Of a stretch of DNA of 64,000 nucleotides, positions 24,647 through 37,800 are shown piece after piece; positions within the stretch are counted from its first letter, which is position 1; the number at the start of each line of letters is the position of its first letter. The position numbers and the translations under genes are program-made. This DNA comes from Dimorphilus gyrociliatus. Taxonomy: Eukaryota; Animalia; Annelida. Below the pieces are notes generated by a model. It worked only from the letters and a program-made list of their open reading frames with translations. It did not search any database and was not told the origin of the DNA. The stretch is from positions 544,685 through 608,684 of the forward strand of contig CAJFCJ010000005.1 of the NCBI GenBank assembly GCA_904063045.1. Reading direction: 5' to 3'.

Positions 24647-27600
24647 ATGAACAGATATCTTATATTATTATTCTTTAATTCTTTAAGCTTTTTTAAACAA
24701 ATACAATGTTTTAATGACTCTTGTTTGAATAGAGCTGTTTATTATGAAATCAATAGTTTCAACTATACAATACATTTGATTTTTAAAGAAACAAATAGTA
24801 TTGTTATGGGATCATTAGTTGTAAAAAGCGAATATTTCGATGAATATCTACCAATTTACTATCCTGAAGCGTTCTTAGAAAATAAGGTACTTGAAAAAAT
24901 ATCTCAAACTGCCTGCCAGACGAAAGGTTATGATGAAAGCTTTGTACAATATTTTCATTGTCCACAACGAAAAGGTAATAAAGAAGAAAATACATTTTCC
25001 CCCTAATAAAACCATATTCATTCTCTTAAAACAATACAGCCGCAGTATTGGAATTTTTCTGTTCAAAAGATATAGCTTTTACAACATGCCAGTTGTAAGT
25101 TAATGGACGATATATTAAAAAATTTAAACTATAATAGAGAGAGATACATTTCGTATAGAAAAAGAAATTATTGTCGTAAAGATGAAGGCATTAGGAGAGC
25201 GATATGCGTAAAATGCTTTAAAAAGAAAGCATCATGTTCGTATTGAAATAGAAGAGAAATTTTTTAAAAGTTTATTCTATTAAGTTTGTTTTATTTTTTC
25301 TATTTGTTCAAGTTTTCTATTCAATTATTAAACCAACCGATACTAATTCAATGGAAACTGTCTATTTGAGACGAAATAGTATATCTTATCATTTATGCTT
25401 AACAACAAATTCAACGAATGATGGAATTTGTGAAAATTCTCAACATTTCAATAGTAGAAAGTATTCATTTTTGAATGAAAGAATTACATTTTCAATTTAT
25501 TATAACGGAAGTGATTTTTCATTAATTAATAATAAAACTCGAAACTTCTCTTGCCTTGCTAAGGAATGTTTTCGAAGAAAGGACGACTTTGTTCTAACAA
25601 CTATTGCAGATTATTTTAAATATTCTCCCCCTGGTTTGTCGAGTACAGTTTTACAGCCGATTCTACTTCGATATCGATCTGAACCAATGGTTATAGCAAT
25701 CTTATCCGGTGATCATGTAAACAAAGCTATAAGTTTAATATGTCAAAATTATTCAATGATTATATCCGACGATGCTCAACCGTTATGCTCAATCCCTTGG
25801 TTCTTGAGTAAAGAAATAATCGAGAATCCTTATTTAGTCTGTAAAGATAAAGCAAAAACTATAAATGATTGCCATCTTCGAACAAAACAGTCGCCATATC
25901 CAAAGTATTATTTATGTTCAATAAAATGCGAAAGAAATCGTAAAGAGACATGGAAAAGTGATTCTTTTTGAATTAATTCAAATATAGAAAGAGAATAAAT
26001 ATTTATATATCATTTACACAGATAATACATTTCGTCTGTTATCTATTGATTACAGACCATTATATAAAACTGATAGAGTAACACCTGATGAAATCAGAGC
26101 CGAATTACAAATTTATCACAATAATCATTGGTATTTGGTTTTAATTGAACTTTTTCGAGTGCTTCAAGCAAACGTATTGAATAATTTTCAATTTATTATA
26201 TCGTTATCATAATCTTTAAAGAGTTTGTCAAATTGTTTTTTAGGTTATTTGCGGTTATTTCGGATACAAAACGGGTACTTTTGAACTACTTAAGGAAAGA
26301 GATAGATATTTAGACTTTCTACATGGTATGCATTGTAAAAAGAACGAAACAGATTTATTACGATGTGACAAACTGTTTGTTAGTGGTAGAAGAAATAAAA
26401 GACCACCAGTCTATTTATCCTGCACTAAGCGTGAGATCGAGAGAGGTAGAACTAGAAAAAAAATGAAAAAAGCATTCAAAATTCATTCAGTAATTCAAGT
26501 CTTTTTATATAGATTTCGATTGTACTGGTTTTGAACGTATAGAAGCAGAATGGAAATGTTATCATTTCGATCCAACTGTTCACCTAGCTTTATTTCAAGA
26601 TACAGTGAATAGTTGTAAGAAGAAAAATATGAGTTTATTGAGTTTATCATCAAAGAAAGATTTCCTTGTGAATCAGTATATATATTTTTTTGCTACTCAC
26701 GTCTTTGAGTATCTTTATACATTACCTAAATATGCAGAGTACAGGTTACGTAAGTGTATCATCTACTTTTTTATTGAGATTTAACTATAAATATTCAATT
26801 TTTAGTTGACACTCTCCCTTTATGTAAGTTGAAATTAAAATTCATAAACATGTTTATTTATAGTTTTTTATCAGCTACGAAAGTATTAACAAATCGTCAA
26901 AATAAAGTAGTTGTAACAACTGGCGCAAACGTGCCATTAGATTTAACTGGACTTTCTAATATTGTTGATTCACCGTTAAGTGATTTATTGCATAAAATTC
27001 TTTAATAGAGAAGATGTGTTATATCATTAGAATTTCATTTGTTAATAGATCAAAAATATTTGATAAAAAAACTTGCGAAGAGTCTTCTCATTTATTATAT
27101 AATCATGTTTCTAAATGGTTTATAACTGATCGATGTTTATCGGTAATTTCCGAAGGATATAAATCGATACCTTGCGAAATGTATACGTTTGAGCGTCATT
27201 TTTGTCAACGTGAATACGGTAAATTTTGAATTATTATATTCAATATTTATATATAATGTATTGAATTTATTTTGATAGATATTTCATTAAAGCACAAGCC
27301 TGCTTGGTTCGAGTTTAATGAATATTTAAAATGTCCACAAGAACTTTTCACTTGTCAACCAGAGAACGTTTGTATCAATATGAAAGATGTTTGCGATGGT
27401 ATTATAGACTGTCATTTTGGCAGTGATGAAAAGGATTGCGATTATCTAATAATGTTTACCTGCTATAATGGTCAGAGAATTTCATTGATGAATGTCTGTA
27501 ATAATATTCCAGATTGTTTAGACAAAAGTGACGAAGTAGATTGCGGTAAATAATTAAATTATATAGTAAATATACAGTATATTTATAAAATGATGATGAT

Positions 27601-30600
27601 TTTTTCGTATTTCATAAGAATTTCAATGTCACGAAGAAAACTCGTAAAATTTATTCAAATTGAAAAAATATGATAATTAAACATGTTCTTCAATTAGATT
27701 TCAATGCAAAAATGGACAATGTATTTCTAACAATGGACGTTGTAACAATGAACGAAATTGTTTCGATTCTTCAGACGAATTATGTGAAGGTATGTACTGC
27801 GTATTGACATATTGTATATAGGTAGCTTGTTATAATTATACAGTATATTATCACTACTGCAGTAGATAGTTTTTTTATGTTATCTATTATCTGTTACGTT
27901 TAGCTTGTATGTCAAAATAGATAATTGTTCAACGGCCTTTTGCAAAGGAAGATGTTTAGAACAGAGTAGAATGTGTGATTTAAAAACGGATTGCGAAGCT
28001 ATTCCTCCCGTTGATGAAAATCCTCAAATATGTTCAACAAAGATTACAAATTACTTGCAGACACTACCGTTTACTTATTATTCTTAATAATAAAACAATA
28101 AGCTAATAAACCTTATTTGTTTTGGCCCATGCAGATCAGATAATTCATTTTGTAAGAAAGCGAAATTTAAGCAGATATTCTCAAAAGCTTTCTTTAATAT
28201 TTCCCGTGAAAACGATTCAAAATGCCGAATTAGATACGACACTCTTGGAAATTTAAAAACAAAATCTCATTATCCTTTCAATGATATTGAAAATTGTCAA
28301 GTCGATAGATGTTCTTACGGAGAATTCAAGTGTCAAGAGCATAAAATATGCATACCTATTCAAAACGTTTGCGATGGTATAAATCATTGTTTAAACAATG
28401 AAGATGAAGTTATGTGCGGTTAGTTTTGTCTTTAAAAATGTTTAGTTTTAATAAGAAGAGCGTCTACTTTTTCTATTTCTCCTCGACTTTTAGATCAATT
28501 TATGCCTAAAGGCTTTTTTAAATGTCGATTTCAAAATACTTATATAAATCAAAGTCAGATTTGCGATGGAAAAGTGAATTGTTTACACAGTAACGACGAA
28601 TCATTTTGCTTTGAAAATCCTAAGGAATATTGTTTAAAACATTGTAATTGTCAGTTAAAATCAATTATTTCTTGTAAATTGAACAAGACAACATCAAAAA
28701 TGAATAATTTTAAACAACGTATTAATTATCTGAAAATAACTGGAATGTCTAATGAACATATCATTAATTTGAAATATTCGTATTATATAACAAGTTTAGA
28801 AGTGATAAATGGTTTTATAACGGATTTATCAAAAGTATTATTTACCAATCTAGTTTATTTGAATGTTGAAGAAAATAGAATTGAAAATATTTCATCTTTA
28901 GAGAGGAAACCTATGAAAAAACTACAAATTCTTATATTGAGAAATAATCCCTTTAGGGATATTAATAAAGAAAGTTTCTTATTTGACAATTTACTATATT
29001 TAGATTTATCAAATACAAAGATAAAACATCTGAGTGATCTTGTATTTCGTCGTTTTACTAATTTAACAATATTGAAAATAAGTAAATGTTATCTTTCTTC
29101 TATTCATCAAAATGTCTTTTCGTCACTAACTCAAATTGAGATTATTGAATTGAATAAAACGGATTTTGAATATGAAACTCTAATGGAATCTATAAAACAG
29201 TTGAAGAATTTGAAATACTTCTCTTCAATTAGTTTTGAATTATGTTGTATAGCTAAAAAATGGAATTTAAAGTTAATTAGTTGCGTTCCGAAGTCATCGA
29301 TATTTAAGAGTTGCACTGATCTTATTGGCGTTAAATCATTAAGATTAATAGTATGGATAATTGTTTTCTTTGGTTTTATTGGGAATACTATTGCTTTCAT
29401 CCTTCAAATCAAAGCCTTTTCAAAAACATATCACCTGTACCATTTAGTCTTAAATATATCCGACATGTCGTTTATAATATATCTAGTATCTATAGCAATA
29501 ACTGACAGCTATTACCAAGGTATCTACATACAAAATGATTCAAAATGGCGACATAGTTGGATGTGTAATCTATTGGGAATATTGGCCAGTATATCAGTGC
29601 TTATGTCAAATATTTCATTAACATTTATAACTGTTAATCGATATTTTGGAATTTGTCATCCATTCAGCGGTGTAACCACTAATAAATCATTCGTTTTCCT
29701 CTTATTCATTTGTACCATATTTACCACTATTTCATCTATTCTACCAATATACATCTTTAAAGTATTAAACTATAACTAAACTTTAAAACCAATTCGTATT
29801 AATAGTCTATTTTCATCTATTTGAAGAATTATTATTCAAGTACTGCAGTCTGTTTTTCTTTGCATATAACAAACGAAAAGTTCGATGGTTGGCAGTATTC
29901 TTTTGCATTTTTTGGATTGTTTACATTGTTTTGTTGTATAGCAATTTCAATGTTATACATTGGAATGATTAGAGTTGTTTTTCAATCGAAATCAATCACT
30001 GATAAGAATCAATTTATGAAACGAGTGAGAAAAATTGCTAGTTCCGCGTTTATTATTACAATGAGTAATATGGCTTGTTGGTTTCCCGTATCAATCCTTG
30101 GTAATAAAATTGACGATAGCGTATTATATATTTATATACTGTATATACTATATATAGGTCTTATATCAATGAACAACAATATTGTTCTTGAGAAATCATT
30201 ATATCGTTGGATTGCCCTATTTCTTATTCCGTTAAATAGCGTCTTAAATCCATTATTTTATTCTGGTGGTGAAATTTTAGCAATAGTAAAGCGTCTAAAA
30301 CTTAAAGGAGAAACCCATTTGTAAGTTGTAAACAAAACTTTCAACTATATCTTCGTTTTCGTTCCTTCAAATAGGAGACAAGCTTTAGAAGATCTTCGTA
30401 AGACTCAAAAGGACAATTGTACGTTTTGATTGGTTAACAACAGAGATAATAACTTGATATATTTTCATTTCTCCATTAAAGATACTCTATTCTTTAAAAG
30501 TTCTAATAAAAAAAAGATAATATTTGATAATTGCCCATTCAAAAAGTGGCAATTTACAACCGTCAAACGCCATATTGGAATTGTCAATGTTCTTGCCATA

Positions 30601-30884
30601 TTTAAAGATCTGGCAATCGCTTTGGATTTAATACATGGCTTTAATTTTATGATTGATAAAAATGATAATAAATGTATTGTTTATAGAGTAATAATTTTCA
30701 ATTATCTCTTCTTTGTAATTGCATAATATTTTCATATTTTTAGGAAATGAATAAAAAGATTTCGTGCTCCATTTTATTGAAGAATACCGTATTTGCGAAA
30801 AATGAAAAGGATATGAAGAAAGATATTATGATTGTTGCAGAACTAGTTGAAAATCTTTTAAAATCTCGAAATAAAGCTGAATAA
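24647..30884 (+). CDS. GRL101/LGR-like receptor paralog 3 (same architecture), multi-exon
   Basis: Signal peptide MNRYLILLFFNSLSFF. CTL exons near 26550-27230. LDLa in 27272-27553 and 28300-28420. LRR+TM1-4 in 28502-29779 (FELCC, FKSCTD, ITVNRY). TM5-7 in 29821-30324 (CWFP, PLNSVLNPLFY). Spliced tail ends EMNKKISC...RNKAE-stop at 30884. Confidence 0.88.
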
Positions 30885-31042
30885 TAATTGTATCGTTTCA
30901 TATGATTAGATAAGAATTAGTAAAATTGTCACGTGAACATTATTATGACTAATTGAAACGTGAACAATCGGTTTACAATTGAAAATTTCTTTCATCATCA
31001 GAACCTATTACTCAACAATTTGACATTGAGTTAAAAATTACG

Positions 31043-31856
31043 TCAGTCCACCAATATTCTCTTTAGTAGGAAGGAACGAAATGGACTAATATGAACATAC
31101 ATGCAATGATCATGCTTATTCTTGAATATCCTTTGCATTTCTTTCCTCGGTAGGTTTCCAGGCGTATGTAATACTTTAGATTTTCCAATGACGCTTATTA
31201 CTCCACCCAATTTTGAAAAATCTGACACATCCTTACTAATATGAGTATTAAGAAAGTGTTTATTAGCAATTTTCGTCTTGGAAATTGAGATTATTAGTTG
31301 TTGTTTATCAAAGTAGAACACAATTTTATTCTTTAATTTCAAGAAGAAAAAGTTGCTTATCCTTCTAACAGAAGGTTTTGATTTCCATTCGTAGATATGA
31401 CTAGTTGAAAAGTATATTCCTTCCAAAGTTATCTTAGCGTTTATTGATAAAATTTGAAAGAGCATTTTTGTAATATAATGATGATTTTTCTCTGATATTC
31501 CATATAATATTGTATTTGTATCGTATTCCTTAAAAATAACTATTATCTCTTTAAAAACATGCTTTGCATTATAGCACAGATATTTTACTCCAGGAATCAT
31601 ATTTTGTATTGTTGGATTAACAGTTTGCATTACGAATAAATTGCCAGTAACTGTTGCTTTGAAGTTGAAAGACTTACCTAATCCAGCTAGACAAGGGAGA
31701 GATGAAAGTAAACATTAAAAAACAATTAAATGATTTATAATTAACTTTTCACATACTTTGTCTCCTCGATAAAAAATTCCTTAAAGAACAATTCATTTCA
31801 CTTCCATTAAAGTAACAGATTAAACTAAAGCCGACAATCAGTGAAATTCTCTTCAT
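31043..31856 (-). CDS. Orphan secreted protein, 2 exons (31856-31757, 31686-31043), 247 aa
   Basis: Exon 1 MKRISLIVGFSLICYFNGSEMNC... ends at a gtatgt donor. Acceptor tctag at 31687. The join is in frame with the 195-aa ORF (744 nt total). No recognised domain. Confidence 0.65.
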
Positions 31857-32116
31857 GCTGCTAAATTTATCAACGTACATGTGAATTAAAGTTGTTAACT
31901 CTTATATATATATCCGTATTTTGTGGAAAAGACAGCGTAAAAACCACAAAAATATTCGAGAAGGTTTAATAACCCATCAAATCATACCAAATATGGAAAA
32001 TATTCATCATCGTTTTATTGATTTTTACAGCTATCATTCAATTCAAATTTTACGGTTTGGGAAAATGTGGCAAATTTGAATGTAAAACTGATTACATCTG
32101 AAGATTTGAATCGTAA

Positions 32117-32205
32117 GCCCCAGTGGCGCAATCGGTTAGCGCGCCGTACTTATAAGAGTAGTACTGGCCATGCGGAGGTTGTGAGTTCGATCCTCACCTG
32201 GGGCA
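32117..32205 (+). tRNA. trnI-UAU: tRNA-Ile(TAT), 15-nt intron at 32155-32169
   Basis: GCCCCAG/CTGGGGC-A acceptor, CCGTA-CT-TAT-A[intron]A-TGCGG, C32-G(-3) anticodon-intron pair. Confidence 0.95.
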
Positions 32206-32651
32206 TATACTTTTTGTTTTAAGATTTGGGAAAAGGGAAGTATTAACAGCACTCATTGCCAAATGTTCAATATTGATAGTTATAGTCAGCATTATGTCAG
32301 CTAGTTGATATAATATCGTTTCTCGGAGAGAGTGAATAACCATAAGCGGGGCGGAGTTATTTTATCTGGATGATGAAATAATTTTAAATAATACGAAAAT
32401 ATCGGATGTATTGGTTATAAAATTCATTGTACTTATATTTTCATATTCAATTAGCTTATTTCAACTAATGAGTGAAAGTTGTTTAATCAACATTCGATGG
32501 TTTTTTCTCACGTTGTTAACTGTGCAATTTGAGCATTTATTATCAGATTTTTATTGATATATTTACGCATCAACATAAATTATTCATAGCAGAAAAACAG
32601 TTTTATTTACTTTCCATAAAGTAAAATTATAAAATATATAGAAAGAAAAGT

Positions 32652-34004
32652 TTAACATTTGCTGTCAAATTTTGTTGATTTTTTCTTAAAATAATCAATA
32701 TTGCTGGGTATATCTAAACTACGGTTGGTTATTGCAGTATTAAAATATAATTTGTAGTTTGTATCCTCAATTGAAAATCCAACGCAAGATTTATTAAGTT
32801 CGCATTCTTTTGAACAAGCTATAAACGAATTACACGATTTACTATTACCTTCCGTATTAGAAAATTCACTGATTTTTGATAGTCTTGAATATTCATTAAT
32901 ATTTCTAACTTGAATAAATATATTGCAAAATGTAAATCCCTTAACGTTTTCTAAAATAACCAACTTTCCTCGTAAACCGGAACAATTAAATACTTGAATT
33001 ATTTCTTTCGATTCGTTATTAAATTGATAAGAAAAATCGCATGAAGAGTTGACGGACTTTATCTCTAAATCATTGATCAAATGAACATTCAATATATCCT
33101 CATTTCTTTTCCTATGTACTATAACGCTGTCAATGTAATAATACGACTTTAATTCTATAAGGAAATATGTAAACGATCTATCATTTTCCTTTATTAAAGT
33201 ATATCTCTGTCTATCAGTTTCTAAGATATCATCATATCCGTTTCCTCTACCAGAAACTAAAATTGAAAATAATAGAGTCTCTATTAAAAGAAATTCATCA
33301 AGATAAAAGATAACAGACCTATTGTTCCCAAATCTCCGTGAACAACTATAGGATGCATAAAATAGTATCTCTTCGCTCCAGATCTCATTTTGTAAGTAGA
33401 GTTTATAGTGAAAGATCTGTTGTTTTCTATTACGTATCTATCCGACTCTTTGAATAATATATTATTTGTTGTGTAGGCTATACATTGTTGCTTGCCAGAT
33501 AAAGGATGAAGACCAATAAGCCATTCTTTCTTAATAGAAATTGGATTTTCAAGTAAGAGGAGTGAATATTTTTTAATATTTCCTCCTTTTGGAACTTTAG
33601 TTGAGCTCTTCAAAGTAAACTTATCATTTTTTTTTTTCCAAACATCTAAAATAAATTTTCCCAACTTAAATAATACGTTTTTAACCTAAATAATTAGTCG
33701 AAACCTAAATGGCAGCCGTCCGGTATGATTTTTATCAAATACCATCCAATTAGAATTCCATCATCTTGAAAGAGATAATCTACTTGATAGAGTACATTCA
33801 GCCAGCTCCCTCCAGCTGTCAGATTAACGTTTTGCATATCATCTTCACTCGGTAATTTTGGATAAACTCCTACGAAACAGTCGACTGCTGAGTAGTTAAG
33901 AAGAGCCGCTATCGACAGTAAAAACTCTTTAGTATACGAAATAAGTGAAATTACTATTTTTTAAGTTAACCATTGAAAATAGCAAACACTGAAAGAATCG
34001 TCAT
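32652..34004 (-). CDS. Unrecognised secreted family member 1 (SP, GxxIGW domain, fucolectin/F5-8C-like half, PAN-like Cys cluster), multi-exon
   Basis: Probable ATG at 34004. Exon FLLSIAALLNYSAVDC...DDGILIGWYLIKIIPDGCHLG, then ORFs 33284-33664 and 32652-33092 (FNCSGLRGKLVIL, CNSFIACSKECELNKSC). Confidence 0.72.
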
Positions 34005-34827
34005 CGCTACCATTCTATCCAACTTTAATCATCCAGTCTAGTAATAGAGCTGATAAAAGAGAAAATCTAATCAGAGTTGACATGAGTGTGGTAGTTGATC
34101 TCAATAAAAGAAATGATATTGTTATGCTTATGTGGAAAAGTCTCGTGAAATGACAAATCAATTCTTCATTCGATCGACTTAATAAGCTTTTCAGGATTTA
34201 TTGCCAAATCAGGAAAAAAAAGAAAGAAAGACGAAGGGAACATTTATAGGAAACGATCGATTAAACGAGGTATAATGAGATAAAAAAAAAGAACAATAAT
34301 TACTGAATAGATATTTAATTAAATGTAAGCGTTTCTCAGATTAAATATTAATATAGAATGCAAAATGCCGACATCATTAAGCGGTAAAAAAAACAGAGAC
34401 AGAGTCATTTACTTTGTTTAAATAAAATGCAAAAGTCAATATTGATCACTTTTCCTTTGTTACTGATGTTTTTATGATATTTTTCAATAGATATAGAGAA
34501 TCGTATACAAAATTTTATTTAATACATTTCTATATTTCATTGATTGATACCTAAATTAATAGACAAAGAAACGAAAAACTAAATTACATTGTTTTAGACT
34601 TTATTTATAGTAAATAGAAACTGTAATAAAAAGCCTTCTGTAGCGTCACTTTTTGATATTAAAAACGACTCTAAGGTTATTCTTTGAACGCTTTTCCATT
34701 AAACTATTCACTAATCTCTCACCAAATTAGTTACAAGAGAAATTGAAATCCAAATCTTCTATTGAATGACCTTCAAATATTTCTGATATCCTATAAAAGA
34801 TGATAGAATTGATCCAAATTCATTGTC

Positions 34828-37800
34828 TTAATCGCTTAGATAAAGCTTTTGTATATTGGTATTATTGTTAAAAATTCTTTTAGAAAGAATAGCAGTGGTA
34901 AACTTTCCTCCAAAATCGTTTTCGCTGATATCTAACACTTCTAAATGCTTTAAAACTGCAATCGTTTCACCGATATAATCAATAATTTTAGAATTAAAAC
35001 CACATTTTCTTAAACTAATACGAGTAATAGAATGACAACTTTTCCTTATTGCTGCTAACAGATATTCTCCACCTTTGACCTCTAAATCGTTTCTTCCCAC
35101 ATCAAGAATTGAAAGGTTGTGTTTATTATTAAGCGCTTTTCCAAGAAAATATGCATTATTTGAAGATATTGAACAATTCCAGAGGTATAATTCCCTTATT
35201 CGGTTACAATTTTCTAACGCCTCTAAAATTGATCTTTCTACGAAAACTCCTCTAAAGTCGATTACTATTACGAGTTGATTATTCAATAAAAGCTTTGACA
35301 TAGTGGTAGAAATTTCAATACCAGTATTACATTCAACAACTATCACTTTACGTAAATTATGACAATTCTCAGAAATAGAATTGAAGATATTCTTCCAGAT
35401 GTTTGGTGAAAAATTCTGTCTAGAAAATCTTATCCTTCCTAGTTCGGGCATCTTTTTAAATATTTCATCAATTTCTTTATTTTCTTTAATGAATACCTTA
35501 GAAAGTTCAAATATGTTTGATTCTCTTTCATTAAAATCTAACTTTTGTAGATTGTTTATTAGTTGGTCAGTTAAAAGATTATTGTGTATTCTTACATCTT
35601 GTATTGGAAAGTTACCTTCCGCTAAAACTTGAATGAATTTATTTAGATAGCATACTTTAACTGTTTTCGTAATCTTTAGGAATTTGTCTTGTATGATTAC
35701 TTTCAATTCAGACTGTATTTTTCGAAGTTTATACAAATTAAAAACTTCCTCGTCAATATCGTCTACGGCTTTAAAACATTCGTACTGCTCTAATCTATTG
35801 AACCATTCAATATCTGATGTTGATTTTTTCGAATTGAGCACTCTTAACGATGGAATAGTTAGTAAGTATAAAATCATTGGTCTTAGGCAATCAACGGATA
35901 TTTTACACTGATAAATGTAGAGCTCTTCTAATTGAAGTATCATTGACTTTTGATGGAATGATTCGATAAAATGCTTAATAGCTTCATCACCAAATGTATT
36001 ATAGGAAATATCCAAAACTGACAGATGAGATAGTCGATTAATAATTTGACGAAATTCGCACAAAAATTCCTCATTCAATTCGCTATTCTGAAGATAGATC
36101 TTTGATAAAACGTTATCTTTGAACTTTGAAATGGTTCGCAATAAACCAAGTACCGATGAATTTCCAAATGAATTATCTGATAGATCCAACTCTCTTAGCT
36201 TATTCATATTGTAACATTCTTCGATACAACTCGGAAGTTGATTGTAATTTTTATTAGAGTTTTTAATGATTAATTTTTCAAGTGAAAAATTATAATATTT
36301 AATTAGATTTGTTAAAAATTCATCGTAATTTGAACAATTTCTAATATTCAATACTTTCAACTTTGAAAGAATTTTAAAACAATGTTTCATATTGAATTTT
36401 GCAATAAAACATTCAAAATTGCAATCTTTACAGTATAATTCTTTTAAATTGTTTAAATGCTTTAATAAGAAAAACTTTGTAAGTGAAATATTCGAGAATT
36501 TTATGTTGGTTAAAAATGAAAATTTCATTAGATTCCTTTGTAAACTTTTCTTCATTTCTAACGAATATTCATCGTTAAAATTTAACATTATCTCTCTAAT
36601 TGTTACCAATTGACATAGATATACTAAAATTGTCTTTGTTGTTTCGTACTGTAAATTATTGCCACCAAAATTCAATGTCAATAAATGAGTTTGAGAGGAG
36701 AGAAATGTTTTTATAGCCGATTTATCAATAGTTGTTACATTACAATTTTCAGCGTGAAATTCTCTTAAATTCCTTTGATTTGTATTGGCCAAAGTATAAA
36801 ATAACATTTTCATTCCGTCATTCTTTATCATATTACCTCCAATATTTAATACTTTCAAATCGTTGAAATGGCAAAATACTGTCAGAAATCTTTGGAAAGA
36901 AGATGAACTGATTTCACAATTGTATAAAATAAGCTCTTCTAAATAAATATTTCCATTCAATTTGAATTCTTCGGATAAATATTCCATACTTTCATCTGAA
37001 AATATCAAAATTTCTCCTATTTAGTTGACGATTGCGCAATAATCATATATAGAATATTTACAAACCAGTTAGAATGTTATTTGAGAGATCAAGCTTTTTC
37101 AAAAACCTCTGATTACTAGCTAATTTCGCAATAACTTTTATATTAGAAGAACTGAGGAAACAATTATTAAAGATGATTTGTTCTTCAATCGAAGTAGTAG
37201 CATATTTACAATTCTCTGTTGTAATCATATTATCAATTATAGTACATTTCTTCATATTTGGAGAGTTTTGTAGTAATTTCTGTAAATCTCCAAAGTTAAT
37301 TGGAGATTTTAATCCACTAATTAATTCCAATTCTAACAAATTACCTATATGATAAGAATTCGTATAGAGTTCAATAAAATATGAAAAGTTAAAGTCTACA
37401 TTAAAGAATAATAGTTTTGTTAGTGAAATTTTAGTATTAGATAATAAAACTGCCAAAGCGATATTGTTTAGTCTTTCGTTACGAATTTCTTTATTTGTTA
37501 ATCCATTTTTTAACAGGTCAATAACCGTTGAAGATAGTTGTTCGCAATGTTTCAACACAACCGGATATTGAGCGCATATATCTGTATAAACTGGTAAATT
37601 TAATGATCTAATAAGTAGAAGAGAATTTAAGAGTTTATAGATGTTTTTCTCCGATAGTAAAAATGTAGAATTCGAGTTGGAAAAGCCATTTTTTATAATA
37701 TATTGTGCGCAAAAATATTCGTAAAATATTCCATAGGAAAAGGTTAACTCTTCTAAATGAAAATATTCATCTTTAACTACCAATAGTCCACCAAAATGGT

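Noticed and set aside
31651-31686. Apparent 9-nt micro-exon (CTGGATTAG) followed by a gtaag...cag intron
   Set aside because: The supposed intron is only 27 nt, in frame and stop-free (GKSFNFKAT), shorter than all other introns here; simple exon continuation is more likely.
32315-32326. ATCGTTTCTCGG resembling the 5' end of U2 snRNA
   Set aside because: Similarity stops after 12 nt; no branch-point recognition region or Sm site follows.
35075-36613. Antisense ORFs within the NLR gene (and similar ones in the receptor genes)
   Set aside because: Short shadow ORFs opposite long coding exons.
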